NCBI GenBank assembly: GCA_964016885.1
Contig: OZ024744.1
Coordinates: forward strand, 122,946,001-123,010,000
Length of the DNA: 64,000 nucleotides
Reading direction: 5' to 3'
Source of the DNA: Eledone cirrhosa
Lineage: Eukaryota
A program made the position numbers and the translations under genes. Of the stretch, positions 30,045 to 45,797 are shown in pieces. Positions within the stretch are counted from its first letter, which is position 1. Each line of letters starts with the position of its first letter. The notes beneath the pieces are model-generated. The model saw only the letters and a list, made by a program, of their open reading frames with translations, had not been told where the DNA came from and ran no database searches.

Positions 30045-31396
30045 CACAGACAGTGTGTTTCATTAGACATATGGTAGTTTACGGGTTAATGGCATAAACA
30101 GTGTCTTTAATTTGAAATATGGTAATGAAAGGGTTAATGACATAGACAATGTCTTTTATTGAAAAATATGGTAATGAAAGGGTTAATGACATAGACAGTG
30201 TCTTTCATTAGAAATATGGTAATAAATGGTTTATGACATAGACAGTGTCTTTCATTAGAAATATGGCAATGAAAGGGTTAATGTTATAGACAGTGTCTTT
30301 CATTAGAAATATGGTAATGAAAGGGTTAATGACATAGACAGTGTTTTTCATTACAAATATGGTAATAAAATGGTTAATGACATAGACAGTGTCTTTCATT
30401 AGAAATATGGTAATGAAAGGGTTAATGTCATAGACAGTGTCTTTCATTAGAATATGGTAATGAAAGGGTTAATGACATAGACAGTGTCTTTCATTAGATA
30501 TATGGTAATGAAAGGGTTATACACACAGACAGTGTTTTACATTAGAAATATGGTAATGAATGGGTTAATGACATAGACAGTGTCTTTCATGGGAAATATG
30601 TCAATGAAAAGGTTAATGACATAGATAGTGTCTTTCATTAGAAATATTGTAATGAAAGGGTTAATGACATAGACAGTGTCTTTCATTAGAAAGATGTTAA
30701 TGAGAGGGTTAATGACATAGAGAGTGTCTTTCATTAAAAATATGATAATGAAATGTTTAATGATATAGAGAACATCTTTCATTAAAAATATGGTAATGAA
30801 AGGGTTAATGACATAGACAATGTCTATCATTAGAATATGGTAATGAAAGGTTTAATGACATAGACAGTGTCTTTCATTAGAAATATGTTAATGAAAGGGT
30901 TAATGACATAGACAGTGTCTTCCGTTAGTAATATGTCAATGAAAGGGTTAATGACATATACAGTGTCTTTCATTGGAAATAAGGTAATGAAAGGGCTAAT
31001 GGCACAGAGCGTGTTTTTTATTAGAAATATGGTAATGAAATTTTTAATGACGTAGACAATGTCTTTCATGAGAAATATGGTAATGAAAGGGTTAATGGCA
31101 TAAACTGAGTCTTTCATTAGAAATATGGTAATGAAAGGGTTAATGTCATAGACAGTGTCTTTCTAAAGATATATGGTATTGAAAGGGTTAATGTCATAGA
31201 CAGTGTCTTTCATTAGAAATATGGTAATGAAATTTTTAATGATGTAGACAGTGTCTTTCATTAGAAATATGCTAATGACAGAGTTAATAACATAGGCAGT
31301 GTCTTTCATTAGATATATGGTAATGAAAGGGTTGATGACAGACTGCCTTTGATTAGAAATATAGTAATGAAAGGGTTAATGATGGAGACATATATT

Positions 31397-31721
31397 TAAT
31401 GAAAGATACTGTCTATGTCTTTAACCCTTTCATTACCATATTTGTAATGTAACCATTTCATTACCATATTTAACCATTCCATTACCATATTTCTAATGAA
31501 AGACACTGTCTATGTCTTTAACCCTTTCATTACGATATTTCTAATGAAAGATACTGTCTATGCCATTAACCCTTTCATTACCATATTTTTAATGAACGAC
31601 ACTGTCTATACCATTAACCCTTTCATTATCATATTTCTAATGAAAGACACTGTCTACGTCATTAAAAATTTCATTACCATATTTCTAATGAAAAACACGC
31701 TCTGTGCCATTAATCCTTTCA
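31397..31721 (-). repeat. Inverted satellite island 3
   Basis: Copy of island 2 at +1677. Confidence 0.95.
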
Positions 31722-33693
31722 CACAGACAGTGTGTTTCATTAGACATATGGTAGTTTACGGGTTAATGGCATAAACAGTGTCTTTAATTTGAAATATGGT
31801 AATGAAAGGGTTAATGACATAGACAATGTCTTTTATTGAAAAATATGGTAATGAAAGGGTTAATGACATAGACAGTGTCTTTCATTAGAAATATGGTAAT
31901 AAATGGTTTATGACATAGACAGTGTCTTTCATTAGAAATATGGCAATGAAAGGGTTAATGTTATAGACAGTGTCTTTCATTAGAAATATGGTAATGAAAG
32001 GGTTAATGACATAGACAGTGTTTTTCATTACAAATATGGTAATAAAATGGTTAATGACATAGACAGTGTCTTTCATTAGAAATATGGTAATGAAAGGGTT
32101 AATGTCATAGACAGTGTCTTTCATTAGAATATGGTAATGAAAGGGTTAATGACATAGACAGTGTCTTTCATTAGATATATGGTAATGAAAGGGTTATACA
32201 CACAGACAGTGTTTTACATTAGAAATATGGTAATGAATGGGTTAATGACATAGACAGTGTCTTTCATGGGAAATATGTCAATGAAAAGGTTAATGACATA
32301 GATAGTGTCTTTCATTAGAAATATTGTAATGAAAGGGTTAATGACATAGACAGTGTCTTTCATTAGAAAGATGTTAATGAGAGGGTTAATGACATAGAGA
32401 GTGTCTTTCATTAAAAATATGATAATGAAAGGGTTAATGATATAGAGAACATCTTTCATTAAAAATATTGTAATGAAAGGGTTAATGACATAGACAGTGT
32501 CTTTCATTAGAGTATGGTAATGAAAGGTTTAATGACATAGACAGTGTCTTTCATTAGAAATATGGTAATGAAAGCGTTAATGGCATAAACAGTGTCTTTC
32601 ATTAGAAATATGGTGATAAAAGGATTAATGACACAGACAGTGTCTTTCATTAGAAATATGGTAATGAAAGGGTTAATGACATAGACAGTGTCTTTCATTA
32701 GAAATATGGTAATGAAAGGGTTAATGACATAGTCAGTGTCTTTCACTAGAATATGGTAATGAAAGGGTTAATGACATAGACAGTGTCTTTCATTACACAT
32801 ATGGTAATGAAAGGGATAATGACATAGACAGTGTCTTTTATTAGAAATATGGTAATGAAAGGTTTAATGTAATAGACAGTGTATTTCATTAGATTATGGT
32901 AATGAAATGTTTAATGACATAGACCGTGTCTTTCATTACAAATATGGTAATGAAAGGGTTAATGACATGGACAGTGTCTTTCATTACAAATATGGTAATG
33001 AAATGGTTAATGACATAGACAGTGTCTTTCATTAGAAATATTGTAATGAAATCTTTAATGACATAGACTTTGTCTATTATTAGAATATGTTAATGAAAGG
33101 TTTAATGACATAGACATTGTCTTTCATTAGAAATATGATAATTTAGATTTTAATGTCATAGACAGTGTCTTTCATTAGAAATATGATAATTAAAGAGTTA
33201 ATGACAAAGACAGTGTATTTCATTAGAAAGATATTAATGAGAGGGTTAATGACATAGAGAGTGTCTTTCATTAAAAATATGATAATGAAAGGGTTAATGA
33301 TATAGAGAAGATCTTTCATTAAAAATATGGTAATGAAAGGGTTAATGACATAGACAATGTCTATCATTAGAATATTGTAATGAAAGGTTTAATGACATAG
33401 ACAGTGTCTTTCATTAGAAATATGGTAATGAAAGGGTTAATGACATAGACAGTGTCTTTCAGGTGAAAAATGGAAAGGAAAGGGTTAATGTCATAGACAT
33501 TGTCTTTCAATAGATATATGGTATTGAAAGGGTTAATGGCATAGACAGTGTCTTTCATTAGAAATATGGTAATGACAGAGTTAATAACATAAGCAGTTTC
33601 TTTCATTAGATATATGGTAATGAAAGGGTTGATGACAGACTGCCTTTGATTAGAAATATAGTAATGAAAGGGTTAATGACGGAGACATATATT

Positions 33694-34231
33694 TAATGGA
33701 AGACACTGTCTATGTCTTTAACCCTTTCATTACCATATTTGTAATGTAACCATTTCATTACCATATTTAACCATTCCATTACCATATTTCTAATGAAAGA
33801 CACTGTCTATGTCTTTAACCCTTTCATTACGATATTTCTAATGAAAGATACTGTCTATGCCATTAACCCTTTCATTACCATATTTTTAATGAACGACACT
33901 GTCTCTATCATTAACCCTTTCATTATCATATTTCTAATGAAAGACACTGTCTACGTCATTAAAAATTTCATTACCATATTTAACCATTCCATTACCATAT
34001 TTCTAATGAAAGACACTGTCTATGTCTTTAACCCTTTCATTACCATATTTCTAATGAAAGATACTGTCTATGCCATTAACCCTTTCATTACCATATTTCT
34101 AATGAAAGACACTGTCTATATCATTAACCCTTTCATTATCATATTTCTAATGAAAGACACTGTCTACGTCATTAATCCTTTCATTACCATATTGCTAATG
34201 AAAAACACGCTCTGTGCCATTAATCCTTTCA
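33694..34231 (-). repeat. Inverted satellite island 4 (internal ~213-bp duplication)
   Basis: Same junctions. The TAACCATTCCATTACC scar occurs twice (~33768 and ~33981). Confidence 0.95.
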
Positions 34232-35437
34232 CACAGACAGTGTGTTTCATTAGAAATATGGTAATTTATGGGTTAATGGCATAAACAGTGTCTTTAATTT
34301 GAAATATGGTAATGAAAGGGTTAATGACATAGACAATGTCTTTTATTAGAAATATGGTAATAAATGGTTTATGACATAGACAGTGTCTTTCATTAGAAAT
34401 ATGGCAATGAAAGGGTTAATGTTATAGACAGTGTCTTTCATTAGAAATATGGTAATGAATGGGTTAATGACATAGACAGTGTCTATCATTAGAAATATGG
34501 TAATGAAAGGATTAATGGCACAGAGCGTGTTTTTCAAAAGATATATGGTAATGACATTTTTAATGACGTAGACACTGTATTTCATTAGAAATATGGTAAT
34601 GAAAGGGTTAATGACATAGACAGTGTTTTTCATTACAAATATGGTAATGAAATGGTTAATGACATAGAAAGTGTCTTTCATTAGAAATATGGTAATGAAA
34701 GGGTTAATGTCATAGACAGTGTCTTTCATTAGAATATGGTAATGAAAGGGTTAATGACATAGACAGTGTCTTTCATTAGAAATATGGTAATGAAAGGGTT
34801 AATGACATAGACAGTGTCTTTCATTCGTAATATGTCAATGAAAGGGTTAATGACATAGACAGTGTCTTTTATTGGAAATAAGGTAATGAAAGGGCTAATG
34901 GCACAGAGCGTGTTTTTTATTAGAAATATGGTAATGAAATTTTTAATGACGTAGACATTGTCTTTCATGAGAAATATGGTAATGAAAGGATTAATGGCAT
35001 AAACAGAGTCTTTCATTAGAAATATGGTAATGAAAGGGTTAATGGCATAGACAGTGTCCTTCATTAGAATTATGGTAATGAAAGGGTTAATGACATAGAC
35101 AGTGTCTTTCATTAGAAATATGGTAATGAAAGGGTTAATGACATAGACAGTGTCTTTCATGTGAAAAATGGAAAGGAAAGGGTTAATGTCATAGACAGTG
35201 TCTTTCAATAGATATATGGTATTGAAAGGGTTAATGGCATAGACAGTGTCTTTCATTAGAAATATGGTAATGAAATTTTTAATGATGTAGACAGTGTCTT
35301 TCATTAGAAATATGCTAATGACAGTTAATGACATAGGCAGTGTCTTTCATTAGATATATGGTAATGAAAGGGTTGATGACAGACTGCCTTTGATTAGAAA
35401 TATAGTAATGAAAGGGTTAATGACGGAGACATATATT

Positions 35438-35854
35438 TAATGAAAGACACTATGTCATTAACCCTTTCATTACCATATTTCTAATGAAAGACACTGTCCA
35501 TGACTTTAACCCTTTCATTACCATATATCTAATGAAAGACACTGTCTATGTCTTTAACCCTTTCATTACCATATTTGTAATGTAACCATTTCATTACCAT
35601 ATTTAACCATTCCATTACCATATTTCTAATGAAAGACACTGTCTATGTCTTTAACCCTTTCATTACCATATTTCTAATGAAAGATACTGTCTATGCCATT
35701 AACCCTTTAATTACCATATTTTTAATGAACGATGTTGTCTATATCATTAACCCTTTCATTATCATATTTCTAATGAAAGACACTGTCTACGTCATTATAA
35801 ATTTCATTACCATATTTCTAATGAAAAACACTGTCTATGCCATTAATCCTTTTA
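35438..35854 (-). repeat. Inverted satellite island 5
   Basis: Reverse-complement monomers, same left junction, right junction with two substitutions. Confidence 0.95.
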
Positions 35855-38800
35855 CATAGACAGTGTGTTTCATTAGAAATATGGTAATTTATGGGTTAAT
35901 GGCATAAACAGTGTCTTTAATTTGAAATATGGTAATGAAAGGGTTAATGACATAGACAATGTCTTTTATTGAAAAATATGGTAATGAAAGGGTTAATGAC
36001 ATAGACAGTGTCTTTCATTAGAAGTATGGTAATAAATGGTTTATGACATAGACAGTGTCTTTCATTAGAAATATGGCAATGAAAGGGTTAATGTTATAGA
36101 CAGTGTATTTCATTAGAAATATGGTAATGAATGGGTTAATGACATAGACAGTGTCTATCATTAGAAATATGGTAATGAAAGGATTAATGGCACAGAGCGT
36201 GTTTTTCAATAGATATATGGTAATGACATTTTTAATGACATAGACACTGTCTTTAATTAGAAATATGGTAATGAAAGGGTTAATGGCATAAACAGTGTCT
36301 TTCATTAGAAATATGGTGATGAAAGGATTAATGACACATACAGTGTCTTTCATTAGAAATATGGTAATGAAAGGTTTAATGACATAAACAGTGTCTTTCA
36401 TTAGAAATATGGTAATGAGAAGGGTTAATGACATAGTGAGTGTCTTTCATTAGAATATGGTAATGAAAGGGTTAATGACATAGACAGTGTCTTTCATTAG
36501 ACATATGGTAATGAAAGGGATAATGACATAGACAGTGTCTTTTATTAGAAATATGGTAATGAAAGGGTTAATGTCATAGACAGTGTATTTCATTAGATTA
36601 TGGTAATGACATGTTTAATGACATAGACCGTGTCTTTCATTACAAATATGGTAATGAAAGGGTTAATGACATAGACAGTGTCTTTCATTAGAAATATGGT
36701 AATGAAAGGGTTAATGTCATAGACAGTGTCTTTCATTAGAATATGGTAATGAAAGGGTTAATGACATAGACAGTGTCTTTCATTAGACATATGGTAATGA
36801 AAGGGTTATACACACAGACAGTGTTTTACATTAGAAATATGGTAAAGAATGGGTTAATGACATAGACAGTGTCTTTCATTGGAAATATGTCAATGAAAAG
36901 CTTAATGACATAGATAGTGTCTTTCATTAGAAATATTGTAATGAAAGGGTTAATGACATAGACAGTGTCTTTCATTAGAAATATGGTAATGAAAGGGTTA
37001 ATGACATAGACAGTGTCTTTCATTAGAAATATGTTAATTAAAGGGTTAATGACATAGACAGTGTATTTCATTAAAAAGATGTTAATGAGAGGGTTAATGA
37101 CATAGAGAGTGTCTTTCATTAAAAATATGATGATGAAAGGGTTAATGATATAGAGAACATCTTTCATTAAAAATATGGTAATGAAAGGGTTAATGACATA
37201 GACAGTGTCTTTCATTAGAATATGGTAATGAAAGGTTTAATGACATAGACAGTGTCTTTCATTAGAAATATGGTAATGAAAGGGTTAATGACATAGACAG
37301 TGTCTTTCATTAGAAATATGGTAATGAAAGGCTTAATGACATAGTCAGTGTCTTTCATTAGAATATGGTAATGAAGGGGTTAATGACATAGTCAGTGTCT
37401 TTCATTAGACATATGGTAATGAAAGGGATAATGACATAGACAGTGTCTTTTATTAGAAATATGGTAATGAAAGGGTTAATGTCATAGACAGTGTATTTCA
37501 TTAGATTATGGTAATGAAATGTTTAATGACATAGACCGTGTCTTTCATTACAAATATGGTAATGAAAGGGTTAATGACATAGACAGTGTCTTTCATTACA
37601 AATATTGTAATGAAATCTTTAATGACATTGACTTTGTCTATTATTAGAATATGTTAATGTAAGGTTTAATGACATAGACAGTGTCTTTCATTGGAAATAT
37701 GTCAATGAAAGGGTTAATGACATAGACAGTGTCTTTCATTAGAAATATTGTAATGAAAGGGTTAATGACATAGACAGTGTCTTTCATTAGGAATATGGTA
37801 ATGAAAGGGTTAATGGCACAGAGCGTGTTTTTTATTAGAAATATGGTAATGAACTTTTTAATGACGTAGACAGTGTCTTTCATTAGACATATGGTAGTGA
37901 AAGGGTTAAATGACAGTGTCTTTCATGAGAAATATGATAATTTAGATTTTAATGACATAGACAGTGTCTTTCATTAGAAATATGATAATTAAAGAGTTAA
38001 TGACATAGACAGTGTATTTCATTAGAAAGATGTTAATGAAAGGGTTAATGACATAGACAGTGTCATTCATTAGAAATATGGTAATGAAAGGGTTAATGAC
38101 ATAGTCAGTGTCTTTCATTAGAATATGGTAATGAAAGGGTTAATGACATAGACAGTGTCTTTCATTAGACATATGGTAATGAAAGGGATAATGACATAGA
38201 CTTTGTCTTTTATTAGAAATATGGTAATGAAAGGGTTAATGTCATAGACAGTGTATTTCATTAGATTATGGTAATTAAATGTTTAATGACATAGACCGTG
38301 TCTTTCATTACAAATATGGTAATGAAAGGGTTAATGACATAGACAGTGTCTTTCATTACAAATATGGTAATGAAATTTTTAATGACATAGACTTTGTCTA
38401 TTATTAGAATATGTTAATGAAAGGTTTAATGACATAGACAGTGTCTCTCATTGGAAATATGTCAATGAAAGGGTTAATGACATAGACAGTGTCTTTCATT
38501 AGAAATATTGTAATGAAAGGGTTAATGACATAGACAGTGTCTTTCATTAGAAATATGGTAATGAAAGGGTTAATGGCACAGAGCGTGTTTTTTATTAGAA
38601 ATATGGTAATGCAATTTTTAATGACGTAGACAATGTCTTTCATGAGAAATATGGTAATGAAAGGATTAATGGCATAAACAGAGTCTTTCATTAGAAATAT
38701 GGTAATGAAAGGGTTAATGGCATAGACAGTGTCCTTCATTAGAATTATGGTAATGAAAGGGTTAATGACATAGACAGTGTCTTTCATGTGAAAAATGGAA

Positions 38801-39066
38801 AGGAAAGGGTTAATGTCATAGACAGTGTCTTTCAATAGATATATGGTATTGAAAGGGTTAATGGCATAGACAGTGTCTTTCATTAGAAATATGGTAATGA
38901 AATTTTTAATGATGTAGACAGTGTCTTTCATTAGAAATATGCTAATGACAGAGTTAATGACATAGGCAGTGTCTTTCATTAGATATATGGTACTGAAAGG
39001 GTTGATGACAGACTGCCTTTGATTAGAAATATAGTAATGAAAGGGTTAATGACGAAGACATATATT

Positions 39067-39627
39067 TAATGAAAGACACTATGTCATTAACCCTTTCATT
39101 ACCATATATCTAATGAAAGACACTGTCTATGTCTTTAACCCTTTCATTACCATATTTCTAATGAAAGACACTGTCTGTGTCATTAACCCTTTCATTACCA
39201 TATTTCTAAAGAAAGACACTGTCTATGTCATTAACCCTTTCATTACCATATTTCTAATGAAAGACAATGTCCATGACTTTAACCCTTTCATTACCATATA
39301 TCTAATGAAAGACACTGTCTATGTCTTTAAACCTTTCATTACCATATTTGTAATGTAACCATTTCATTACCATATTTAACCATTCCATTACCATATTTCT
39401 AATGAAAGACACTGTCTATGTCTTTACCCCTTTCATTACCATATTTCTAATGAAAGATACTGTCTATGCCATTAACCCTTTAATTACCATATTTTTAATG
39501 AACGATGTTGTCTATATCATTAACCCTTTCATTATCATATTTCTAATGAAAGACACTGTCTACGTCATTATAAATTTCATTACCATATTTCTAATGAAAA
39601 ACACGCTCTGTGCCATTAATCCTTTCA
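39067..39627 (-). repeat. Inverted satellite island 6
   Basis: Reverse-complement monomers; left junction variant GACGAAGACATATATT. Confidence 0.95.
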
Positions 39628-42461
39628 CATAGACAGTGTGTTTCATTAGAAATATGGTAATTTATGGGTTAATGGCATAAACAGTATCTTTAATTTGAAA
39701 TATGGTAATGAAAGGGTTAATGACATAGACAATGTCTTTTATTGAAAAATATGGTAATGAAAGGGTTAATGACATAGACAGTGTCTTTCATTAGAAATAT
39801 GGTAATAAATGGTTTATGACATAGACAGTGTCTTTCATTAGAAATATGGCAATGAAAGGGTTAATGTTATAGACAGTGTATTTCATTAGAAATATGGTAA
39901 TGAATGGGTTAATGACATAGACAGTGTCTATCATTAGAAATATGGTAATGAAAGGATTAATGGCACAGAGCGTGTTTTTCAATAGATATATGGTAATGAC
40001 ATTTTTAATGACATAGACACTGTCTTTCATTAGAAATATGGTAATGAAAGGGTTAATGGCATAAACAGTGTCTTTCATTAGAAATATGGTGATAAAAGGA
40101 TTAATGACACATACAGTGTCTTTCATTAGAAATATGGTAATGAAAGGGTTAATGACATAGTCAGTGTCTTTCATTAGAAATATGGTAATGAAAGGGTTAA
40201 TGACATAGTCAGTGTCTTTCATTAGAATATGGTAATGAAAGGGTTAATGACATAGACAGTGTCTTTCATTAGACATATGGTAATGAAAGGGATAATGACA
40301 TAGACAGTGTCTTTTATTAGAAATATGGTAATGAAAGGGTTAATGTCATAGACAGTGTATTTCATTAGATTATGGTAATGAAATGTTTAATGACATAGAC
40401 CGTGTCTTTCATTACAAATATGGTAATGAAAGGGTTAATGACATAGACAGTGTCTTTCATTAGAAATATGGTAATGAAAGGGTTAATGTCATAGACAGTG
40501 TCTTTCATTAGAATATGGTAATGAAAGGGTTAATGACATAGACAGTGTCTTTCATTAGACATATGGTAATGAAAGGGTTATACACACAGACAGTGTTTTA
40601 CATTAGAAATATGGTAATGAATGGGTTAATGACATAGACAGTGTCTTTCATTGGAAATATGTCAATGAAAAGGTTAATGACATAGACAGTGTATTTCATT
40701 AAAAAGATGTTAATGAGAGGGTTAATGACATAGAGAGTGTCTTTCATTAAAAATATGATGATGAAAGGGTTAATGATATAGAGAACATCTTTCATTAAAA
40801 ATATGGTAATGAAAGGGTTAATGACATAGACAGTGTCTTTCATTAGAAATATGGTAATGAAAGGGTTAATGACATAGACAGTGTCTTTCATTAGAAATAT
40901 GGTAATGAAAGGCTTAATGACATAGTCAGTGTCTTTCATTAGAATATGGTAATGAAAGGGTTAATGACATAGTCAGTGTCTTTCATTAGACATATGGTAA
41001 TGAAAGGGATAATGACATAGACAGTGTCTTTTATTAGAAATATGGTAATGAAAAGGTTAATGTCATACACGGTGTATTTCATTAGATTATGGTAATGAAA
41101 TGTTTAATGACATAGACCGTGTCTTTCATTACAAATATGGTAATGAAAGGGTTAATGACATAGACAGTGTCTTTCATTACAAATATGGTAATGAAATGGT
41201 TAATGACATAGACAGTGTCTTTCATTAGAAATATTGTAATGAAATCTTTAATGACATTGACTTTGTCTATTATTAGAATATGTTAATGTAAGGTTTAATG
41301 ACATAGACAGTGTCTTTCATTGGAAATATGTCAATGAAAGGGTTAATGACATAGACAGTGTCTTTCATTAGAAATATTGTAATGAAAGTGTTAATGACAT
41401 AGACAGTGTCTTTCATTAGAAATATGGTAATGAAAGGGTTAATGGCACAGAGCGTGTTTTTTATTAGAAATATGGTAATGAACTTTTTAATGACGTAGAC
41501 AGTGTCTTTCATTAGACATATGGTAGTGAAAGGGTTAAATGACAGTGTCTTTCTTTAGAAATATGATAATTTAGATTTTAATGACATAGACAGTGTCTTT
41601 CATTAGAAATATGATAATTAAAGAGTTAATGACATAGACAGTGTATTTCATTAGAAAGATGTTAATGAGAGGGTCAATGACATAGAGAGTGTCTTTCATT
41701 AAAAATATGATAATGAAAGGGTTAATGATATAGAGTACATCTTTCATTAAATATATGGTAATGAAAGGGTTAATGACATAGACAATGTCTATCATTAGTA
41801 TATGGTAATGAAAGGTTTAATGACATAGACAGTGTCTTTCATTAGAAATATGGTAATGAAAGGGTTAATGACATAGACAGTGTCTTTCATTAGTAATATG
41901 TTAATGAAAGGTTTAATGACATAGACAGTGTCTTTCATTGGAAATAAGGTAATGAAAGGGCTTATGGCACAGAGCGTGTTTTTTATTAGAAATATGGTAA
42001 TGAAATTTTTAATGACGTAGACAATGTCTTTCATGAGAAATATGGTAATGAAAGGGTTAATGGCATAAACAGAGTCTTTCATTAGAAATATGGTAATGAA
42101 AGGGTTAATGGCATAGACAGTGTCCTTCATTAGAATTATGGTAATGAAAGGGTTAATGACATAGACAGTGTCTTTCGTTAGAAATATGGTAATGAAAGGG
42201 TTAATGACATAGACAGTGTCTTTCATGTGAAAAATGGAAAGGAAAGGTTTAATGTCATAGACAGTGTCTTTCAATAGATATATGGTATTGAAAGGGTTAA
42301 TGGCATAGACAGTGTCTTTCATTAGAAATATGGTAATGAAATTTTTAATGATGTAGACAGTGTCTTTCATTAGAAATATGCTAATGACAGAGTTAATGAC
42401 ATAGGCAGTGTCTTTCATTAGATATATGGTAATGAAAGGGTTAATGACGGAGACATATATT

Positions 42462-42878
42462 TAATGAAAGACACTATATCATTAACCCTTTCATTACCAT
42501 ATTTCTAATGAAAGACACTGTCCATGACTTTAACCCTTTCATTACCATATATCTAATGAAAGACACTGTCTATGTCTTTAAACCTTTCATTACCATATTT
42601 GTAATGTAACCATTTCATTACCATATTTAACCATTCCATTACCATATTTCTAATGAAAGACACTGTCTATGTCTTTAACCCTTTCATTTCCATATTTCTA
42701 ATGAAAGATACTGTCTATGCCATTAACCCTTTCATTACCATATTTTTAATGAACGATGTTGTCTATATCATTAACCCTTTCATTATCATATTTCTAATGA
42801 AAGACACTGTCTACGTCATTATAAATTTCATTACCATATTTCTAATGAAAAACACGCTCTGTGCCATTAATCCTTTCA
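42462..42878 (-). repeat. Inverted satellite island 7
   Basis: Reverse-complement monomers, same junction pattern. Confidence 0.95.
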
Positions 42879-45380
42879 CATAGACAGTGTGTTTCATTAG
42901 AAATATGGTAATTTATGGGTTAATGGCATAGACAATGTCTTTTATTGAAAAATATGGTAATGAAAGGGTTAATGACATAGACAGTGTCTTTCATTAAAAT
43001 ATGGCAATGAAAGGGTTAATGTTATAGACAGTGTCTTTCATTAGAAATATGGTAATGAATGGGTTAATGACATAGACAGTGTCTATCATTAGAAATATGG
43101 TAATGAAAGGATTAATGGCACAGAGCGTGTTTTTCAATAGATATATGGTAATGACATTTTTAATGACATAGACCCTGTCTTTCATTAGAAATATGGTAAT
43201 GAAAGGGTTAATGACATAGACAGTGTCTTTCATTAGAAATATGGTAATGAAAGGGTTAATGACATAGTCAGTGTCTTTCATTAGAATATGGTAATGAAAG
43301 GGTTAATGACATAGACAGTGTCTTTCATTAGACATGTGGTAATGAAAGGGATAATGACATAGTCAGTGTCTTTCATTAGAATATGGTAATGAAAGGGTTA
43401 ATGACATAGACAGTGTCTTTTATTAGAAATATGGTAATGAAAGGGTTAATGTCATAGACAGTGTATTTCATTAGATTATGGTAATGAAATGTTTAATGAC
43501 ATAGACCGTGTCTTTCATTACAAATATGGTAATGAAAGGGTTAATGACATGGACAGTGTCTTTCATTACAAATATGGTAATGAAATGGTTAATGACATAG
43601 ACAGTGTCTTTCATTAGAAATATTGTAATGAAATCTTTAATGACATAGACTTTGTCTATTATTAGAATATGGTAATGAAAGGGTCAATGACATAGACAGT
43701 GTCTTTCATTAGACATATGGTAATGAAAGGGATAATGACATAGACAGTGTCTTTTATTAGAAATATGATAATGAAAGGGTTAATGTCATAGACAGTGTAT
43801 TTCATTAGATTATGGTAATGAAATGTTTAATGACATAGACCGTGTCTTTCATTACAAATATGGTAATGAAAGGGTTAATGACATAGACAGTGTCTTTCAT
43901 TAGAAATATGGTAATGAAAGGATTAATGTCATAGACAGTGTCTTTCATTAGAATATGGTAATGAAAGGGTTAATGACATAGACAGTGTCTTTCATTAGAC
44001 ATATGGTAATGAAAGGGTTTTACACACAGACAGTGTTTTACATTAGAAATATGGTAATGAATGGGTTAATGACATAGACAGTGTCTTTCATTGGAAATAT
44101 GTCAATGAAAAGGTTAATGACATAGATAGTGTCTTTCAGTAGAAATATTGTAATGAAAGGGTTAATGACATAGACAGTGTCTTTCATTAGAAATATGGTA
44201 ATGAAAGGGTTAATGACATAGACAGTGTCTTTCATTAGAAATATGTTAATTAAAGGGTTAATGATATAGACAGTGTATTTCATTAAAAAGATGTTAATGA
44301 GAGGGTTAATGACATAGAGAGTGTCTTTCATTAAAAATATGATAATGAAAGGGTTAATGATATAGAGAACATCTTTCATTAAAAATATGGTAATGAAAGG
44401 GTTAATGACATAGACAGTGTCTTTCATTAGAATATGGTAATCAAAGGTTTAATGACATAGACAGTGTCTTTCATTAGAAATATTGTAATGAAATCTTTAA
44501 TGACATAGACTTTGTCTATTATTAGAATATGTTAATGAAAGGTTCAATGACATAGACAGTGTCTTTCATTGGAAATATGTCAATGAAAGGGTTAATGACA
44601 TAGACAGTGTCTTTCATTAGAAATATTGTAATGAAAGGGTTAATGACATAGACAGTGTCTTTCATTAGAAATATGGTAATGAAAGGGTTAATGGCACAGA
44701 GCGTGTTTTTTATTAGAAATATGGTAATGAAAGGTTTAATGACATAGACAGTGTCTTTCATTAGAAATATGGTAATGAAAGGGTTAATGACATAGACAGT
44801 GTCTTTCATTAGTAATATGTTAATGAAAGGTTTAATGACATAGACAGTGTCTTTCATTGGAAATAAGGTAATGAAAGGGCTTATGGCACAGAGCGTGTTT
44901 TTTATTAGAAATATGGTAATGAAATTTTTAATGACGTAGACAATGTCTTTCATGAGAAATATGGTAATGAAAGGGTTAATGGCATAAACAGAGTCTTTCA
45001 TTAGAAATATGGTAATGAAAGGGTTAATGGCATAGACAGTGTCCTTCATTAGAATTATGGTAATGAAAGGGTTAATGACATAGACAGTGTCTTTCGTTAG
45101 AAATATGGTAATGAAAGGGTTAATGACATAGACAGTGTCTTTCATGTGAAAAATGGAAAGGAAAGGTTTAATGTCATAGACAGTGTCTTTCAATAGATAT
45201 ATGGTATTGAAAGGGTTAATGGCATAGACAGTGTCTTTCATTAGAAATATGGTAATGAAATTTTTAATGATGTAGACAGTGTCTTTCATTAGAAATATGC
45301 TAATGACAGAGTTAATGACATAGGCAGTGTCTTTCATTAGATATATGGTAATGAAAGGGTTAATGACGGAGACATATATT

Positions 45381-45797
45381 TAATGAAAGACACTATATCA
45401 TTAACCCTTTCATTACCATATTTCTAATGAAAGACACTGTCCATGACTTTAACCCTTTCATTACCATATATCTAATGAAAGACACTGTCTATGTCTTTAA
45501 ACCTTTCATTACCATATTTGTAATGTAACCATTTCATTACCATATTTAACCATTCCATTACCATATTTCTAATGAAAGACACTGTCTATGTCTTTAACCC
45601 TTTCATTTCCATATTTCTAATGAAAGATACTGTCTATGCCATTAACCCTTTCATTACCATATTTTTAATGAACGATGTTGTCTATATCATTAACCCTTTC
45701 ATTATCATATTTCTAATGAAAGACACTGTCTACGTCATTATAAATTTCATTACCATATTTCTAATGAAAAACACGCTCTGTGCCATTAATCCTTTCA
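45381..45797 (-). repeat. Inverted satellite island 8
   Basis: Copy of island 7 at +2919. Confidence 0.95.

Larger units (their letters stand above)
29004..32357. repeat. 1677-bp tandem higher-order duplication containing inverted islands 2 and 3 (boundaries approximate)
   Basis: ORF pairs 29153/30830, 29819/31496 and 30208/31885 are identical. The copies differ at GACGGAGAC vs GATGGAGAC. Confidence 0.88.
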